Below, one piece after another: positions 49,880 through 63,393 of a DNA stretch of 64,000 nt. Source of the DNA: Octopus vulgaris (lineage: Eukaryota); NCBI GenBank assembly GCA_951406725.2, contig OX597818.1, forward strand, positions 119,846,001-119,910,000, in the 5' to 3' direction. The notes beneath the pieces are model-generated. The model made no database searches and was not told the DNA's origin. It worked only from the letters and a program-made list of their open reading frames with translations. Every line of letters starts with the position of its first letter. The first letter of the stretch is position 1. The translations under genes were made by a program, and so were the position numbers.

Positions 49880-51512
49880 CCTTTACCATTTATCTTTTAC
49901 TCATTTCAGGTATTGAACTGTGGTCATGCTGGGGCACTGCTTTGATGCATTGAGCCAAACAAATCAACCCTGGTACTTATTTTAATAAATCTCACACGTA
50001 CTATATTGGCTGCTTTGGATGAGCTGCTAAGTTATGTGGACATAAACAAACCAGCACCAATTCTTAGGTAGCAGAAGGGGACAAACATACATACACACAC
50101 ATGCATCATCATCATTATTATTTAATGTCCTTTCTACCATACAGGCATAGGTTGCACAGTTTGACATGAACAGAAAAGCCAGAGGGCTCGGCCAGGACCT
50201 GTGTCAGCTTTGGCAGCTGGACGCCCTTCCTAACACCAACCACTTAACAGAGTGCACTGGGTGCTTTTCACATAACACTAGTACCAGTGAGTACCCACAA
50301 GATAAGACCCCTCTTCTGAGCAAGTATAAACCAGAGGAATAAGAAACTATGATAGCAGGAGAAGAGCAAGTGTCTTGTTGAAGAGGTGAATATACAGCTC
50401 GCTCACCTGGAAAGTGAGAAAGTGCATGTGTGTGTGTGTGTGTGTGTACACAATGGGGTTCCACAGTTAATGTTCACCAAATTCATTCACAAGGCATTGG
50501 TTGGTCCAGGGCTATGATAGATGACACTTGCCGAGGGAGCTGTACTGTGGGATTGAACTCAAAACTAAATGGTAACCAAACGAGCTTCCTAACCACATAA
50601 CCAGCTCCATCCACATTTCTAATATGATGTTAATGATGGTGGTGGTGATGATGGTGGAGGTGGGATAGAGGTGGTGGGGTAGTGTGGTGGGTTGAAGGCG
50701 GTGTGGTGGTGAATATGGGGTGGAGGTGGTGTGGTGATGGTGGTGGTGTTGGTGGCGACAGCGACAGCAGTAGTAGCAGTAACACTATAATGTTAATAAT
50801 CTTCTTACTATAATAATACTCTTGTGTTTTCTCCGTCACAACATATGAATGAGAAAGGAAGGGGTGATAGATGAATAAAGAAGGGAGGGGGAATTTGTGG
50901 TCCTCTTCCAAAAGGGAGGGAGGGACTTTGGCGGGGCTTTGTTAAGAAGCTTAAAAAGAAGGGCCGAAGGGAGGGGATACTGTCCTGCACGGAGGACCCT
51001 GACTGGCCTTCGCAGGTGGCTGCGAAGGTCATGGGGGAGACTGACCTGTTCAGGATAATGGACTCCTTCCCCGAGGATACCTTCAGATTCATGCTAAATT
51101 GGCCCAACTTGGCACCATCCAGGTGTTTAACTGAGGCGAGAAGTCTGGTCGGACAGGAAGATTTGTAACTAATTAAAGTAAGAGGCTTGGTGCCTCATTT
51201 GTATTGTTTCATTGATTTTATAATTGACTTGTGTAAGAGGTTTATTGCCTCACAATGGCTTTTTGTGTTGTAAATGTAAGAGGTTTATTGCCTCAAATAT
51301 GGTATTATAAAGAACAATGTGCTTGAGTAAGCAGTAATCAGCAGGCGTTGCTATTGCCCTCATTATTATCATTTCATTTATCATTTCATTTCATTATGTC
51401 TTTGTCCAGCCCACAGCTTCCTTTCTTTGTAAGGTTTTTATGGCTAATCTAATGAATAAAAGAAGGAAGGGGGGGGGGAACTGGTAGTGGGAGCATTTTA
51501 ACTCTGTGTGAG

Positions 51513-51549
<37 letters not shown>

Positions 51550-51893
51550 AAAAGGGAGGTATGTAAATGTTTGTGTGTGCAATGGAAGTGGGATGGTGAA
51601 CATTCAACACTGAGAAAAAAAATCAAACAGCGTTTCAACTCTGTGTGAGTATATGTGTGCATGAACAAGGGAAGTATGTGAATGTTTGTATCAGTGAACC
51701 AGCGTTCTTTCAGTAACAAACGATGATTGATGTCACATCTCAAAAGACAACCACTAGATAATATTGACAAGTGTATTAATTTGATTTACCATCCATATTT
51801 ATATATAAAATACTACAATTAGCTGTCATTTTTGACAGCACAGGGCCAGCTAGTGATGGTATAAATTACAAGGAAAGAGAACTAAGTGCTTAC

Positions 51894-52017
51894 CTTCGAA
51901 TGTAATGTCGTCGTGTGTTGGACCCACACCTCCTGAGGTAATGACATAGGTAAAGCGGCTAGAAAACTCCTTCACTTCCTGCACAATTTCACTGATAGTG
52001 TCACCAATAACTGATAT
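51894..52017 (-). CDS. FLAD1: FAD synthase exon B
   Basis: tttcAG..GTaag, phase 0->1. ISVIGDTISEIVQEVKEFSSRFTYVITSGGVGPTHDDITFE carries the TSGGxGPTHDDIT motif. Confidence 0.96.
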
Positions 52018-53359
52018 CTGAAATATGAACATTACTGTCTGTTTAGATGATTTACCAAGCAACAGTGAAGTAAATTATGCTCACAAAACACATGTACTGA
52101 GATGGCTACATCATCATCATCATCGTTTAACATCCGTTTTCCATGCTAGCATGGGTTGGATGGTTCAACCGGGGTCTGGGAAGCCAGGAGGCTGCACCAG
52201 GCTCCAGTCTGATCTGGAAGTGTTTCTACAGCTTGATGCCCTTCCTAACACAAACCACTCCGTGAGTGTAGTGGGTGCTTTTTACATGCCACCGGCACAG
52301 GTGCCAGGCATGGCTGGCAACAGCCACGATCGGTTGGTGCTTTTTACGTGCCACCAGCATGGAAGCCAGTCAAGGTGGCACTGGCATCAGCCACGTTCGG
52401 ATGGTGCATTTTACATGCCACCAGCACAGGTACCACCGGCACAGGTATCACAACTACAATTTCCATTTGAAATTTTGATGTTGATGTACTTGACTCAATA
52501 GGTCTCCTGTAGTTAAGAAGTTTGTTTCACAGCTATATGGTATCAGGTTCAGTCCCAGCTTGTGGCACCTTGAGCAAGTGTCTTATACTATAGTTCCAGG
52601 CTGACTAAAGCTTTGTGAGTGGATTCAGGAGATGGAAACTGAAAGAAGCTTATCTATCATGTATATGTGTATGTTGATATGTGCACATGTTTGCATGTTT
52701 TTCTGTGTATGTGTGTGTATACATGTGCTGGAGTGTGTGTGCGTGTGTATTTGTATGTTTTTGCTTTGGTGTCACATGGTAGTTATCACCATCATACAAA
52801 CACCTGATATAAATAGTGTCCTTTCTTTCCAATCCTACCAGGAAACATGTCTGGCCATGTGGATGCAGGTTGGCAACTGGAAGAGCATCCAGCCAGAGAA
52901 AATCTTCCCCAACAAATTCCATTTGGCATATGCAAGTATGGAAAAGTGAATGCTGAAACGATGACAACGATGATGACAATGATGACAAAAGGGCCACACA
53001 GAGAGGGACTGAACTCAAAACCTCAAGGTGGTGACAAGAATTTATTAACCACACGACCATGCCTGTACCTTTTAAGAAATCATTCCTTTTAGGATGGTGG
53101 AATCACACCAGCAAAAAATGCTTTGCAGCATTTCATATGTCTTTACATCCTGAGTTCAAATTCCACCAAGGTCGACTTTACCTTTCATCTTTCAGGGTCA
53201 ATAAATTAATTACCAGTCAAGCACTGGAGTCGATGCATTGACTTGCTCTTTCCCCCAAAATTGCCGGCCCTGTGCCAAAATTTGAAATTGCTGTTGTTGT
53301 TATTGTTATTGTTATTATCACTATCATTATCATTATTATTATTATTAAGGCAGCAAGCT

Positions 53360-54018
53360 GGAACCGCCTCTGGCTCTGTAGTACAAATATCTTGTTTTCA
53401 AAAGTTCTGAATTAAAATCTTCCACCAAACCTTAGTCACAATTGATGTTCCTAACACCAGCTGAATGATAACTAAGTTATTTTGCTAAATTCTTTGTTTT
53501 ATTTAAAATTAATTGAAACACAGAGCATCTCAACAGAAATACAATAACGAAAGGGTTAACAAATAATCAATTTAACCCTTTTGCTACCAACCCGGCTGAA
53601 ACCGCCTCTGGCTCTGTGGTATAAATGTCTTGTTTCCATAAGTTTTGAAAGAAAATCTTCCACCAGACCTTACTCACAATTTATGTTTCTAACACTAGCT
53701 GAATGATAACTAAGTTATTTTACTAAATTCTTTGTTATACTTAAAATTAATTGAAAGAAACACAGAGCATCTCAAAATAGATATGGCAACAAAAGGGTTA
53801 ACAAATGATAAATTTAACCCTTTCAATACCAACCTGACTAAAACTGCCTCCTGCTCTGTAATATTCATAAGTTTTCATAAATTTTGAATTAAAATCTTCC
53901 ACCAAACCTTAGTCAAAATTGATGTTCCTATGTTATTTACTAAATTCTTTGTTATATTTAAAATTAATTGAAAGAAACACAGAGCATCTCAAAATAGATA
54001 CGATAACAGAAGGGTTAA
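53360..54018. mobile_element. Three tandem piggyBac-like MITE units (53576-53797 and 53818-54014 complete; first unit 5'-truncated)
   Basis: Units are bounded by TTAA|CCCTTT...AAGGG|TTAA, with ~200-220-bp near-identical bodies. Confidence 0.75.
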
Positions 54019-54038
54019 TAGTTTCATATGATGAGTAC

Positions 54039-54133
54039 CTTTTTCACTTTCACACCCAATGTAAAGAGCTGCTTGGTAAGGAAATGTGAATTAGTATCAG
54101 CAGTTTGACCTTTCAGGATTTCGTCACCAATAA
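54039..54133 (-). CDS. FLAD1: FAD synthase exon A (first recognisable coding exon; MPTb/CinA-like domain)
   Basis: ttttgcAG acceptor, GTactc donor, phase 1->0. Encodes IGDEILKGQTADTNSHFLTKQLFTLGVKVKK, matching the GDEILKGxTxDTN motif of FLAD1/CinA. Confidence 0.95.
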
Positions 54134-56671
54134 CTGCAAAACAACAAACAAAACAAAATATAGGAAAAAGACTTTCTGAAGTCCCCAGCTCATAATTTTT
54201 GAAGAAATAATTACTTAAACAATTTTTAATTAAATTACTTTGAGAGAAGAATTGTACACAATGTGGCAGTTTTCTTTTTCGATACCAACCAGCGGAAACC
54301 ACACCTGGTTCTCTGATACCAACTTCCTGTTTTAAAGTGTACTAACTAAAACCTTCCATCAAAGATTTATGTGTGTGTCATTGTGTATGTATCTGTCTTC
54401 CAAAATACCACTTGACACCCAGTGATGGTGTATTTACATCCACGTAACTTAGTGGTTTGGCCAAAGAGACGGATAGAATAAGTACCTGGCTTAAAAAAAA
54501 GATTAAGCAATGGACACTGCCTTAAAGAATTTTAGTCCAATGAAAACCTGGAGGAGACAAGAGGAGGAGATTGGGAGGGTTGGCTTGAGAAGAGAAGATG
54601 CCCAAAAACTGGACAAGATGGCAAGATGGTGTGAGGGCAGTTGCTATGGCATTGAGGTAGATCTAGCCACCCCCATTAACAGGGACAAAACCCACATTTA
54701 AAACACTGAATGATGATGATAATGAAATGATGATGGTCTTTGAGTTCTTTAAGGCAGTGCTCCAGTGTGACCACAGTCTATTGACTGAAACAAATAAAAG
54801 AATAAAATAAAAAATATCCCAAGGTATCCTGTTCAACAATCCAACAATTCTATCAGTCTCCTACCTTAGAATGGCATTTTATTTATTGCTTGAGAAGAAG
54901 ACCCATCGAGTCAAATAAAACCTATGGCCGTGGAAGCTACCAGTCTCATGCAAATAGCCCCTGTGCTGGTGGCACATAAAAGCACCCATTACACTCTCGG
55001 AGTGGTTGGCGTTAGGAAGGACATCCAGCCGAAGAAAACCATACCAAAACAGACTGGAGTCTGGTCCAGCCTTTCAGCTTGCCAGCCCTGATCAAACCAT
55101 CCGACACATACCAGCATGGATAATGGACATATGTTAAATGATGATGCCAAGGATTGATAAAAGTCATTGTTGACCGTAACAAGATTTGAAATCAGAATGC
55201 AAGGATCTGGAGCAAAACCCACAAGCCATTTCAGTCAGTACTCTGACTAGCCTGCCAGTTTACCATCACATCTGCTTAAATTTTCGTCGTCATTATCACC
55301 ATCATCATCATCATCCAGTGTTTTAAATTCAGCTTTTGTCCCTGTTAACAGGGGTGGCTGGATCTACATCAATACCATAGCAACTACCTTCACACCATCT
55401 CGCCCAGTTTTGGGTGTCTTTTCTTCTCAAGCCAACCCTCCCAATCTCCTCCTCCACTTGTCCCCTCCACATTTTCCTTGGTCTACCTCGCTCTTGCAGT
55501 CCATTTACCTCAAACTCAAGCACCCTCCCTCAGAACATGCTCCTCATCCCTCCATAACACAAGCCCATACCACCACACTCCATTTAAAATTTGTTTTTTC
55601 CATGCTGGCAGGAGCTGGATGGTTTAATGAGATCTGGTAAGTTAAAGGGCTGCACCAAGTTCCAGTATCAGGTTTGACATGTTCTCTCCAGTTAGATGCC
55701 CTTCCTAATGCCAACCACATTACAATGCCCATCATATCTACATGTATATGTACGTATATATGTTTATATGTATTTGTGTGTATTTTTGTTTGTGTTGTGG
55801 CTGGTACCAACATCCTAATCCACCCAACCCCACTGCTCGACAACTGGTGATGGTTTGTTTACATCCCTGTAACTCAGTTGTTCAGCAAAAGAGACTGACA
55901 GAGTAAGAGCCAGACTTCAAAAAATAAGTACTGGGGTTAATTTATTCAATTAAACCCATGAAGGCAGTGCCCCAGCATGGCCGCAACCCAATGACTAAAA
56001 GAAGTGAAAAGCAAAAGCATGGCTGTGGCTGTATGGTAAGAAGCTTGCTTCCCAACCACATGGTTCTAGGTTCAGTCCCACTGCGTGGCACCTTGGGCAA
56101 GTGTCTTCTACTATAGACTCAGGCAGACCAAAGCCTTGTGAGTGGATTTGGTAGACGGAAACTGAAAGAAGCCCGTTGTATATATGCATATGTTTGTTTG
56201 TCTGTGTTTGTCCCCACACCATTGCTTGACAACCAATGTTGGCGTGTTTACATTCCCATAACTTAGCAATTCAACAAAAAGAGACTGATAGAATAAGTAC
56301 TAGGCTTACAAAGAATAAGACCTGGGGTCGATTCATTTGACTAAAGGCAGTGCACCAGCATGGCCACAGTCAAATGACTGAAACAAGTAAAAGAATAAAA
56401 AATAAAGATTAAATATGTGAACACTAATTTCACTACAACCTATTGTATTTCCCACTCAATACTGTTGCGTTTTTAGAGGAACAAAAGCTTGAAACTTTAA
56501 GCATCTCATACACAAAAAATTGTCAGTCAAATAGCATACAAAGAACATAATAACCAATGCAAATAGCTAATTAAGCATCCTACAAGAGGTCATTTACACA
56601 TTATTTAATTAAATTCAGAAAACAAAGGTATGGAACTATATTATCATGTAGCAATATCTTCATAGGACTAA

Positions 56672-56905
56672 GGCGGCAAGCTGGCAGAAACGTTAGCATG
56701 CCGGGTGAAATGCTTAGCGGTATTTCGTCTGTCGCAACGTTCTGAGTTCAAATTCCGCCGAGGTCGACTTTGCCTTTCATCCTTTCGGGGTCGATAGATT
56801 AAGTACCAGTTATGCACTGGGGTCGATGTAATCGACTTAATACCTATGTCTGTCCTTGTTTGTCCCCTCTGTGTTTAGCCCCTTGTGGGTAATAAAGAAA
56901 TAGGT
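56672..56905 (+). mobile_element. Nin-domain tRNA-derived SINE family B, representative copy
   Basis: Contains gagttcaaattcc (B box) and gcctttcatcctttcggggtcgata..agtaccag (Nin-type central domain). Other copies at ~95-510, 7222-7440, 14540-14712, 23755-23980, 27005-27435, 31265-31515 and 60420-60820. Confidence 0.82.
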
Positions 56906-57076
56906 ATTTCGTCTGGAGGCCATGGTTGAAGCCAATGGCGAGTTAATTGCCTAAATTTACTCTTTAGTATTTCAAGATATCTTTTTATGTAATTTTGGTA
57001 AATATATCTGTTAAAACAAGATGCCAGTGTTATTTTCATCTTTGCGTAAATTAGACGACAGTTTATTCACCGCACC

Positions 57077-57107
<31 letters not shown>

Positions 57108-57142
57108 GATGGATGGATAGACAGACAGATAGATGCATAGAT

Positions 57143-57202
<60 letters not shown>

Positions 57203-57299
57203 CCCATTCTCTGATTAGAATAGAATAAACCATTATATCTTTTATTCAGCCTTTTCATTGTACACAGAAATGACAGAAATAAATAGACACTCTTATAAC

Positions 57300-58360
57300 C
57301 GTTAAAATTTATTTAAATCTGAAATTATTCAAATGATTTGTTAATTGTTATAATGTGAATATCTAATACCTAGTAGACATGCCCTTTGCATTTTTCAATG
57401 CAAGGACCCTATTAGGAATGTTACCGATCAGATGACAAATATTCTCTTGAGGATTTTCTTGCCAATTTCATGCAGATCTGGCTTTGAAGATGCTTTCTTG
57501 TTCTTTTTATAAGTGCCCTGTCCATTATGCCACAGAGATGTTCAATAGGGTTCATATCTAGTGACTGGCTTGGCCCCTAGAAGCTTTTTAATGCCATTCT
57601 CATCCAACAAATCTTTGGTCATTTGAGCCATGTGACAAGGAGCCCCATTTTCCATAAATAAAGAGTCCCCTTTAATCATTTCACCACTGGAGAAGATTGG
57701 AAGGAGTCCTTTCTGCAATATGGACACATATTTATCTGAGCTTATGTTCCCCTCACACTCCACCAGCTCTGATCATACCATTGCTCCAAATTACTACCCT
57801 GACTATCACAGAATAGCTACTGTGTTTCATTCTTGGCTGCCATCTGTTAACATCAAATTCTTGATCACAGAGTCTCCAGTCCCACACTTGACCACTGCCA
57901 GGAAATACAGAAAATCTGGACTCATCAGAGAATATGACAGTGTCCTAAAATGTTAGTGGCCTCTCCACCATCTCACTGGCCCAATCTTTTTTCAGCTTGA
58001 TGTTGGCTGGTCGAAGAAGTGGCTTCTTTCTTGTTGCTCTTCCATAGTAACCAAGTTTGTGGAGATACCTCACAGCTGTTCTGGGACTGACATCAACATG
58101 TTCTGCTATGTCAGATGCCTTGCAATGAAGATTATCCTCCACACTTCTCTTAGCAAAGAGAAGGGTCCTGTCAGAGAGCCCTGGTTGTTCTGGACTTCTT
58201 CCTTTCGCTGGTGAATTGCACAATCACTCTATTAACTGTAGAAAGCAGGATCACAGGTTTTCTGTAATTTTATGCTATGTCTACCTTCAGAATGGCCCAC
58301 AATACTACCTCTTTGAAATTCAGACAGTTCCAAAGCTTCTTTTGTACATGGCATAATAAA
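57300..58360 (-). mobile_element. Tc1-like transposase remnant (second family)
   Basis: Fragments ELSEFQRGSIVG, RKKPLLR, FMENGAPCH and PSQSLDMNPIEHL (DD34E-type motifs). Frameshifted; boundaries approximate. Confidence 0.82.
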
Positions 58361-59913
58361 ACAGTCACATATAAAATTTAAAACATAAAAATATCTATTA
58401 GTAAAAAAATATAAAACCATTACAAGTTAGAATAAACATAAAACGATGTTTTATGGGGTGTCTATTTACTTCTGCCACGTCTGTGTGTCTCCACTACTCT
58501 ATAAACGGATTGACTTCAAGGACATCAAGATGTAGAAACCCTGCCAAACTCTTCAATTCATACCAGTATGGAAGATGGATGTTAAATGATGATGATTACG
58601 ACGATGATGATGATGATGATGATGACTACATGTATTTCTTTTTCTTTTCTTATGCTTTCAAGATCATTCACTCACAGTTTACTTTATTGATTCTAAAGAA
58701 ATGAAGGAAAAAAAAACATTATAATTTTGTTACACACAATTACGATTAATAAAACAAAATAACAATACATTCTAGGATGTGGGATGATGTTCAATTAATT
58801 TTTATAACAGAATCGTGAGAGTATCGGACAAAATACCCAGTGATATTTTGAGCATTTTAAGTTCTGAGTTCAAATTCTGTCTTGGCTAATTTTGCCTTTT
58901 ATCTTTCCATTACAGTCAAATGCTGGGTTGATTTATATTCTTATATTGCATCTTAGATGCAAATGATAGTATAATAATAACATAACACGATTCGTATAAT
59001 GTATAACGAAAATGGATTGAACCACTGACCAGGAGTGGCTGTGTAGTAAGTAGCTTGCTTACGAACTACATGGTTCCGGGCTCAGTCCCACTGCATGGCA
59101 CCTTGGGCAAGTGTTTTCTACTATAGCCTTGGGCCGACTAAAGCCTTGTGAGTGGATTTGGTAGTCGGAAACTGAAAGAAGCCCATCGTATATATATGTA
59201 TATATATATGTATGTGTGTGTATATGTTTGTGTGTCTGTGTTTGTCCCCCCTAACATCGCTTGACAACCAATGCTGGTGTGTTTACATCCCCGTAACTTA
59301 GCGGTTCGGCAAAAGAGACCGATAGAATAAGTACTAGGTTTACAAAGAATAAGTACTAGGTTTACAAAGAATAAGTCCTGGGGTCGATTTGCTCGACTAA
59401 AAAGGCGGTGCTCCAGCACGGCCGCAGTCAAATGACTGAAACAAGTAAAAGAGAGAAGAGAAATAGAATAAGGTCAAACTAAAGTGTTTGACCTGAGCAA
59501 AAGAAAAAAGTGCAATAGATGTATACAACAACATGCAGTAAATGAATATGAAAAAAAAATGTGCGCTGGCGAACAGGAAGCGGGGGAGAGAACTCAGGAA
59601 TGTTCTGAATCCTCTCACCACACCCCCGTCTGTTGGCGAAATTTCTTTTTTCTTCATATTCGTTTACTACGCATTATTTTACACCTACTCTTTACTCTTT
59701 TACTCGTTTCAGTCATGTGACTGTGGCCATGCTGGAGCACCGACTTTAGTCAGGCAAATCAACCCCAGGACTTATTCTTTGTAAGCCTAGTACTTATTCT
59801 ATCGGTCTCTTTTGCCAAACCGCTAATTTATGGGGACGTAAACACACCACCATCGGTTGTCAAGTGGTGTTGGGGGGGGGGGGGGGCAAACACAGACACA
59901 CAAACATATACAT

Positions 59914-59944
<31 letters not shown>

Positions 59945-62133
59945 CAACAGGCTTCTTTCAGTTTCCGTCAACCAAATTCACTCACAAAGTTTTGGTCGGC
60001 CTGAGGCTATAGTAGAAGATACTTGCCCAAGGTGTCACGCAGTGGGACTGAACCTGGAACCATGTGGTTTGTAAGCAAGCTACTTACCACAGTCACTCCT
60101 ACGCCTATGTATACTTTTTTTTTTTTCAATTTTTGTGATGAGGTGTGTGTGGAGTGCGAACTCGTATAATTCACACGATCCAGTAACTCAGGCTAAACAC
60201 TGGAGTTTAATGGTCAAGGTCTGAATTTTCCGAGTCCTCACCCCACCCCCGATCGCCAGCGCGCATTTTTTTCATATTCGTTTACTACTTGTTGCTTTAC
60301 ACCTATTACACTTTTTTTTCATTTTCATTTTTGTGACCGGGCGCTAAAGTGGGATTACTGCATCGTGTGAATTATCCGAATCAGCCTGAAATTTGGGGGT
60401 AGGGGGCCAGTCGATTATATTTCTTTACTACCCACAAGGAGCTAAACATAGAGGGGACAAAACGGATTAAGTCGATTACATCAACCTCAGTGCGTAACTA
60501 GTACTTAATTTATCGACCCCGAAAGGATGAAAGGCAAAGTCGACCTCGACGGAATTTGAACTCAGAACGTAACAGCAGACGAAATACGTATTTCTTTACT
60601 ACCCACAAGGGGCTAAACACAGAGGAGACAAACAAGGACAGACAAAGGGATTAAGTCGATTACATCGACCTCAGTGCGAAACTGGTACTTAATTTATCGA
60701 CCCCGAAAGGATGAAAGGCAAAGTCGACCTCGACGGAATTTGAACTCAGAACGTAACGGCAGACGAAATACGGCTACGCATTTCGCCCAGCGTGCTAACG
60801 TTTGTGCCAGCTCGCCGCCCTTGAACCGCTTCAATGCCCTTTTCGTAGCTGCAGGTGTGAGAAAGTTCATCATAAATCGCAGTAAACCAGTGAAGAATAG
60901 TTTTAAAAACACGTGTAGTACAGAATGCATTGAGCCAGAGGTATTCACATGATGTACCACAGATTTTGAATATATAATTTAAGGGTTTAAAAAATCCTAT
61001 ACTAAAACTTGAGCGTCGTGAAAAACTTGTTATTCATAACTATGTTGAAAGCAAATACGATTAATATAGTTTTTATATTTCCCAGTGCTTCTATAATTGT
61101 TTTGGCATGATTCTGTTTTCTGCTTGGAAATTTGCGGATTTTACATACACATATTGAAACAGGTAAGAACAAATATGCAAGACTTTTTTTCCTTAAGTTT
61201 AAAATGAGACATTGCTGGCATAATTTCGTCATAATGTTTTGATTTTGTCGAGTTATATCGAAGGAATGCCTTTTTTTTTTTTTTTTACATTAGTTTCATT
61301 GTGCTTACTAAGTAAAAAGAAGAAAAAAAACTGAAAAGCGTTATACTAAATAAGTTAAGTTAAATTTGAGCGATCGAAAGTTCGAGTAAATTAAAGAGAA
61401 AGTTCAAAGTTGTTTATATTAAGAGTCGGGCCTAAAAGAGTGTCAGAAAAAATTATTAAAAAACCTCATGTAATTATGACGTTACACGTGCCAATCAAAA
61501 AAAAATTGGAAAAAAAAGACATATTACCTGAAGTTGCCCCCTAAGCTTGTTTTATATATACACATATATGTCTGTAAACAGTTAAAACACCTTAGTACAT
61601 ATCTGTAGTGGAATAGTGCACAAACGGATCTTAAAACTTATCTTATCTCTTAATATATACATTTACTGCATCTAGTTTTCAAGTAATGCACATCCGCAAC
61701 TAATATCGCTCGTATAAATCCAAGCATAAGTAGTTTGACAGGCCAAGATACTCGTAGACAACAGTGACTGCTGACTCGACTGGTCGGTTAATGTACCCGA
61801 CCGATCGGCCACTTTGAGCCCTGTTTTTCAGAAACTGTTTATAGACGTCTTTTATCAAAGCTGCTCGGGCCATATTTTACCACAACCCCCACCCAGTTGT
61901 TTATTTACCCATGGCGTTTTTACATACATATACAACCTGTATTGGAACAAATAAGTGTTTAGCACACGTGCATGTACTGTTCTTCCGTCGACAGCTGAAT
62001 GAAATGTTTCGCACACTTCGGATAAATTATGCATGCACGAACCCTGCTACCCACCCACATTTACACACATATAAACGTGTGTACATACATACACACACAG
62101 CCACACATGACGTCCTGTACCCATATATGCATC

Positions 62134-62184
<51 letters not shown>

Positions 62185-62192
62185 GGATTTCC

Positions 62193-62286
62193 TATTTTCT
62201 TCCTGAAGAGAAAGACACAATATGGTCCCATTATTCCATCGGATTTTGGTAATTTGTGCCTTTCGAAACACGTGTAGAATGAAATA
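62193..62286 (+). ncRNA. Type I hammerhead ribozyme motif, intact
   Basis: tattttcTTC-CTGAAGA-GAAAGaCACAA..TTGTGcCTTTC-GAAA-CACGTG-TA-GAAtgaaata, in a ~175-bp insert flanked on both sides by (TA)n. Confidence 0.85.
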
Positions 62287-62352
62287 AAACGATTTCTGTT
62301 CAATCTGCGTTCAGCTCCATTTCTTCAATTCACCAATAATGTTTTTTATTTA

Positions 62353-62460
<108 letters not shown>

Positions 62461-63057
62461 CGCATGAGTGGCTGTGTGGTAAGTAGCTTGCTTCCCAACC
62501 ACATGGTTCCGGGTTCAGTCCCACTGCATAGCACCTTGGGCAAGTATCTTCTACTATAGCCTCGGGCCGACCAAAGCCTTGTGAGTGGATTTGGTGGACG
62601 GAAACTGAGAGAAGCCCATCGTATTTATATAGAAACATATACATACACACATATATATATGTGTGTGTGTGTATGTTTGTATGTGCGTTTATGTGCTTGA
62701 CAACCGATACCGGTGTGTTTACGTAAGTTAGCGGTTCGGCAAAAGAGACCGGTAGAATAAGTACTAGACTTACAAGAATAAGTTCTGGGGTCGATTTGCT
62801 CGACTAAAGGCGGTGCTCCAGCATGGCCACAGTCAAACCCAAGAAGAGAGAGAGAGAGACAGAGATGTTCAAAATATGTGTTAGGAAACGATATACAAAG
62901 TAAAACTTGTTTACATTAAAGAAGATTCATAGTTGTAGATAGAACTTTTGCAAACATTGACATAATTAGCTCTTTGCCAATTAAGAAATGAATAAATGAT
63001 GCATGCCCCTTATATCGGTTTCTGTGCGTGTGTATGTGTACATATACATATGTACCT

Positions 63058-63375
63058 ATAAGAGCTCAAAATCTCTCGTGGAGGCGCCATCCAACCAAAA
63101 TGCAAATATATGGGAAACTACCACCTGTGTCATCTCTTGTGAAAGGTAAGAGAGTCCAGTTTGCTGGACATTGTTGTAGAGCTGAAAAAGAGGTAATTTC
63201 TACTCTTCTCCTCTGGAAGCCATACCAGAGGGCGCACACTCTCCTACCCTGATGTAATCTCCAGGGACACAGGCATCCAGCAACAGGACCTCCGTAATGC
63301 CATGATGGACCGTGAAGTCTGGCGTAACACAGAAAATTCCATTGTCTCGACCACGGTCGAACAATGTTGATGATG
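63058..63375 (+). mobile_element. RTE-type LINE 3' end
   Basis: RAQNLSWRRHPT..RVQFAGHCCR..LLLWKP..YPDVISRD..AMMDREVWR, then a (GAT)n tail. Confidence 0.75.
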
Positions 63376-63393
63376 ACCTATAAACACACACAT

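Noticed and set aside
50808-51160. 99-aa minus-strand ORF in exon C-B intron
   Set aside because: No splice-compatible boundaries with FLAD1. More likely a decayed LINE 3' fragment, but the family could not be supported.
58676-58692. Possible 17-nt FLAD1 microexon (tttAG..GTGAGT)
   Set aside because: The in-frame peptide INKVNF does not match the TAGII-like sequence expected before GDEILKG, and there is no other support.
61002-61880. Short minus-strand ORFs and a donor-like site (~61528) as the FLAD1 first exon
   Set aside because: No recognisable FLAD1 similarity or phase-1 junction could be shown. Cannot be called without transcript data.
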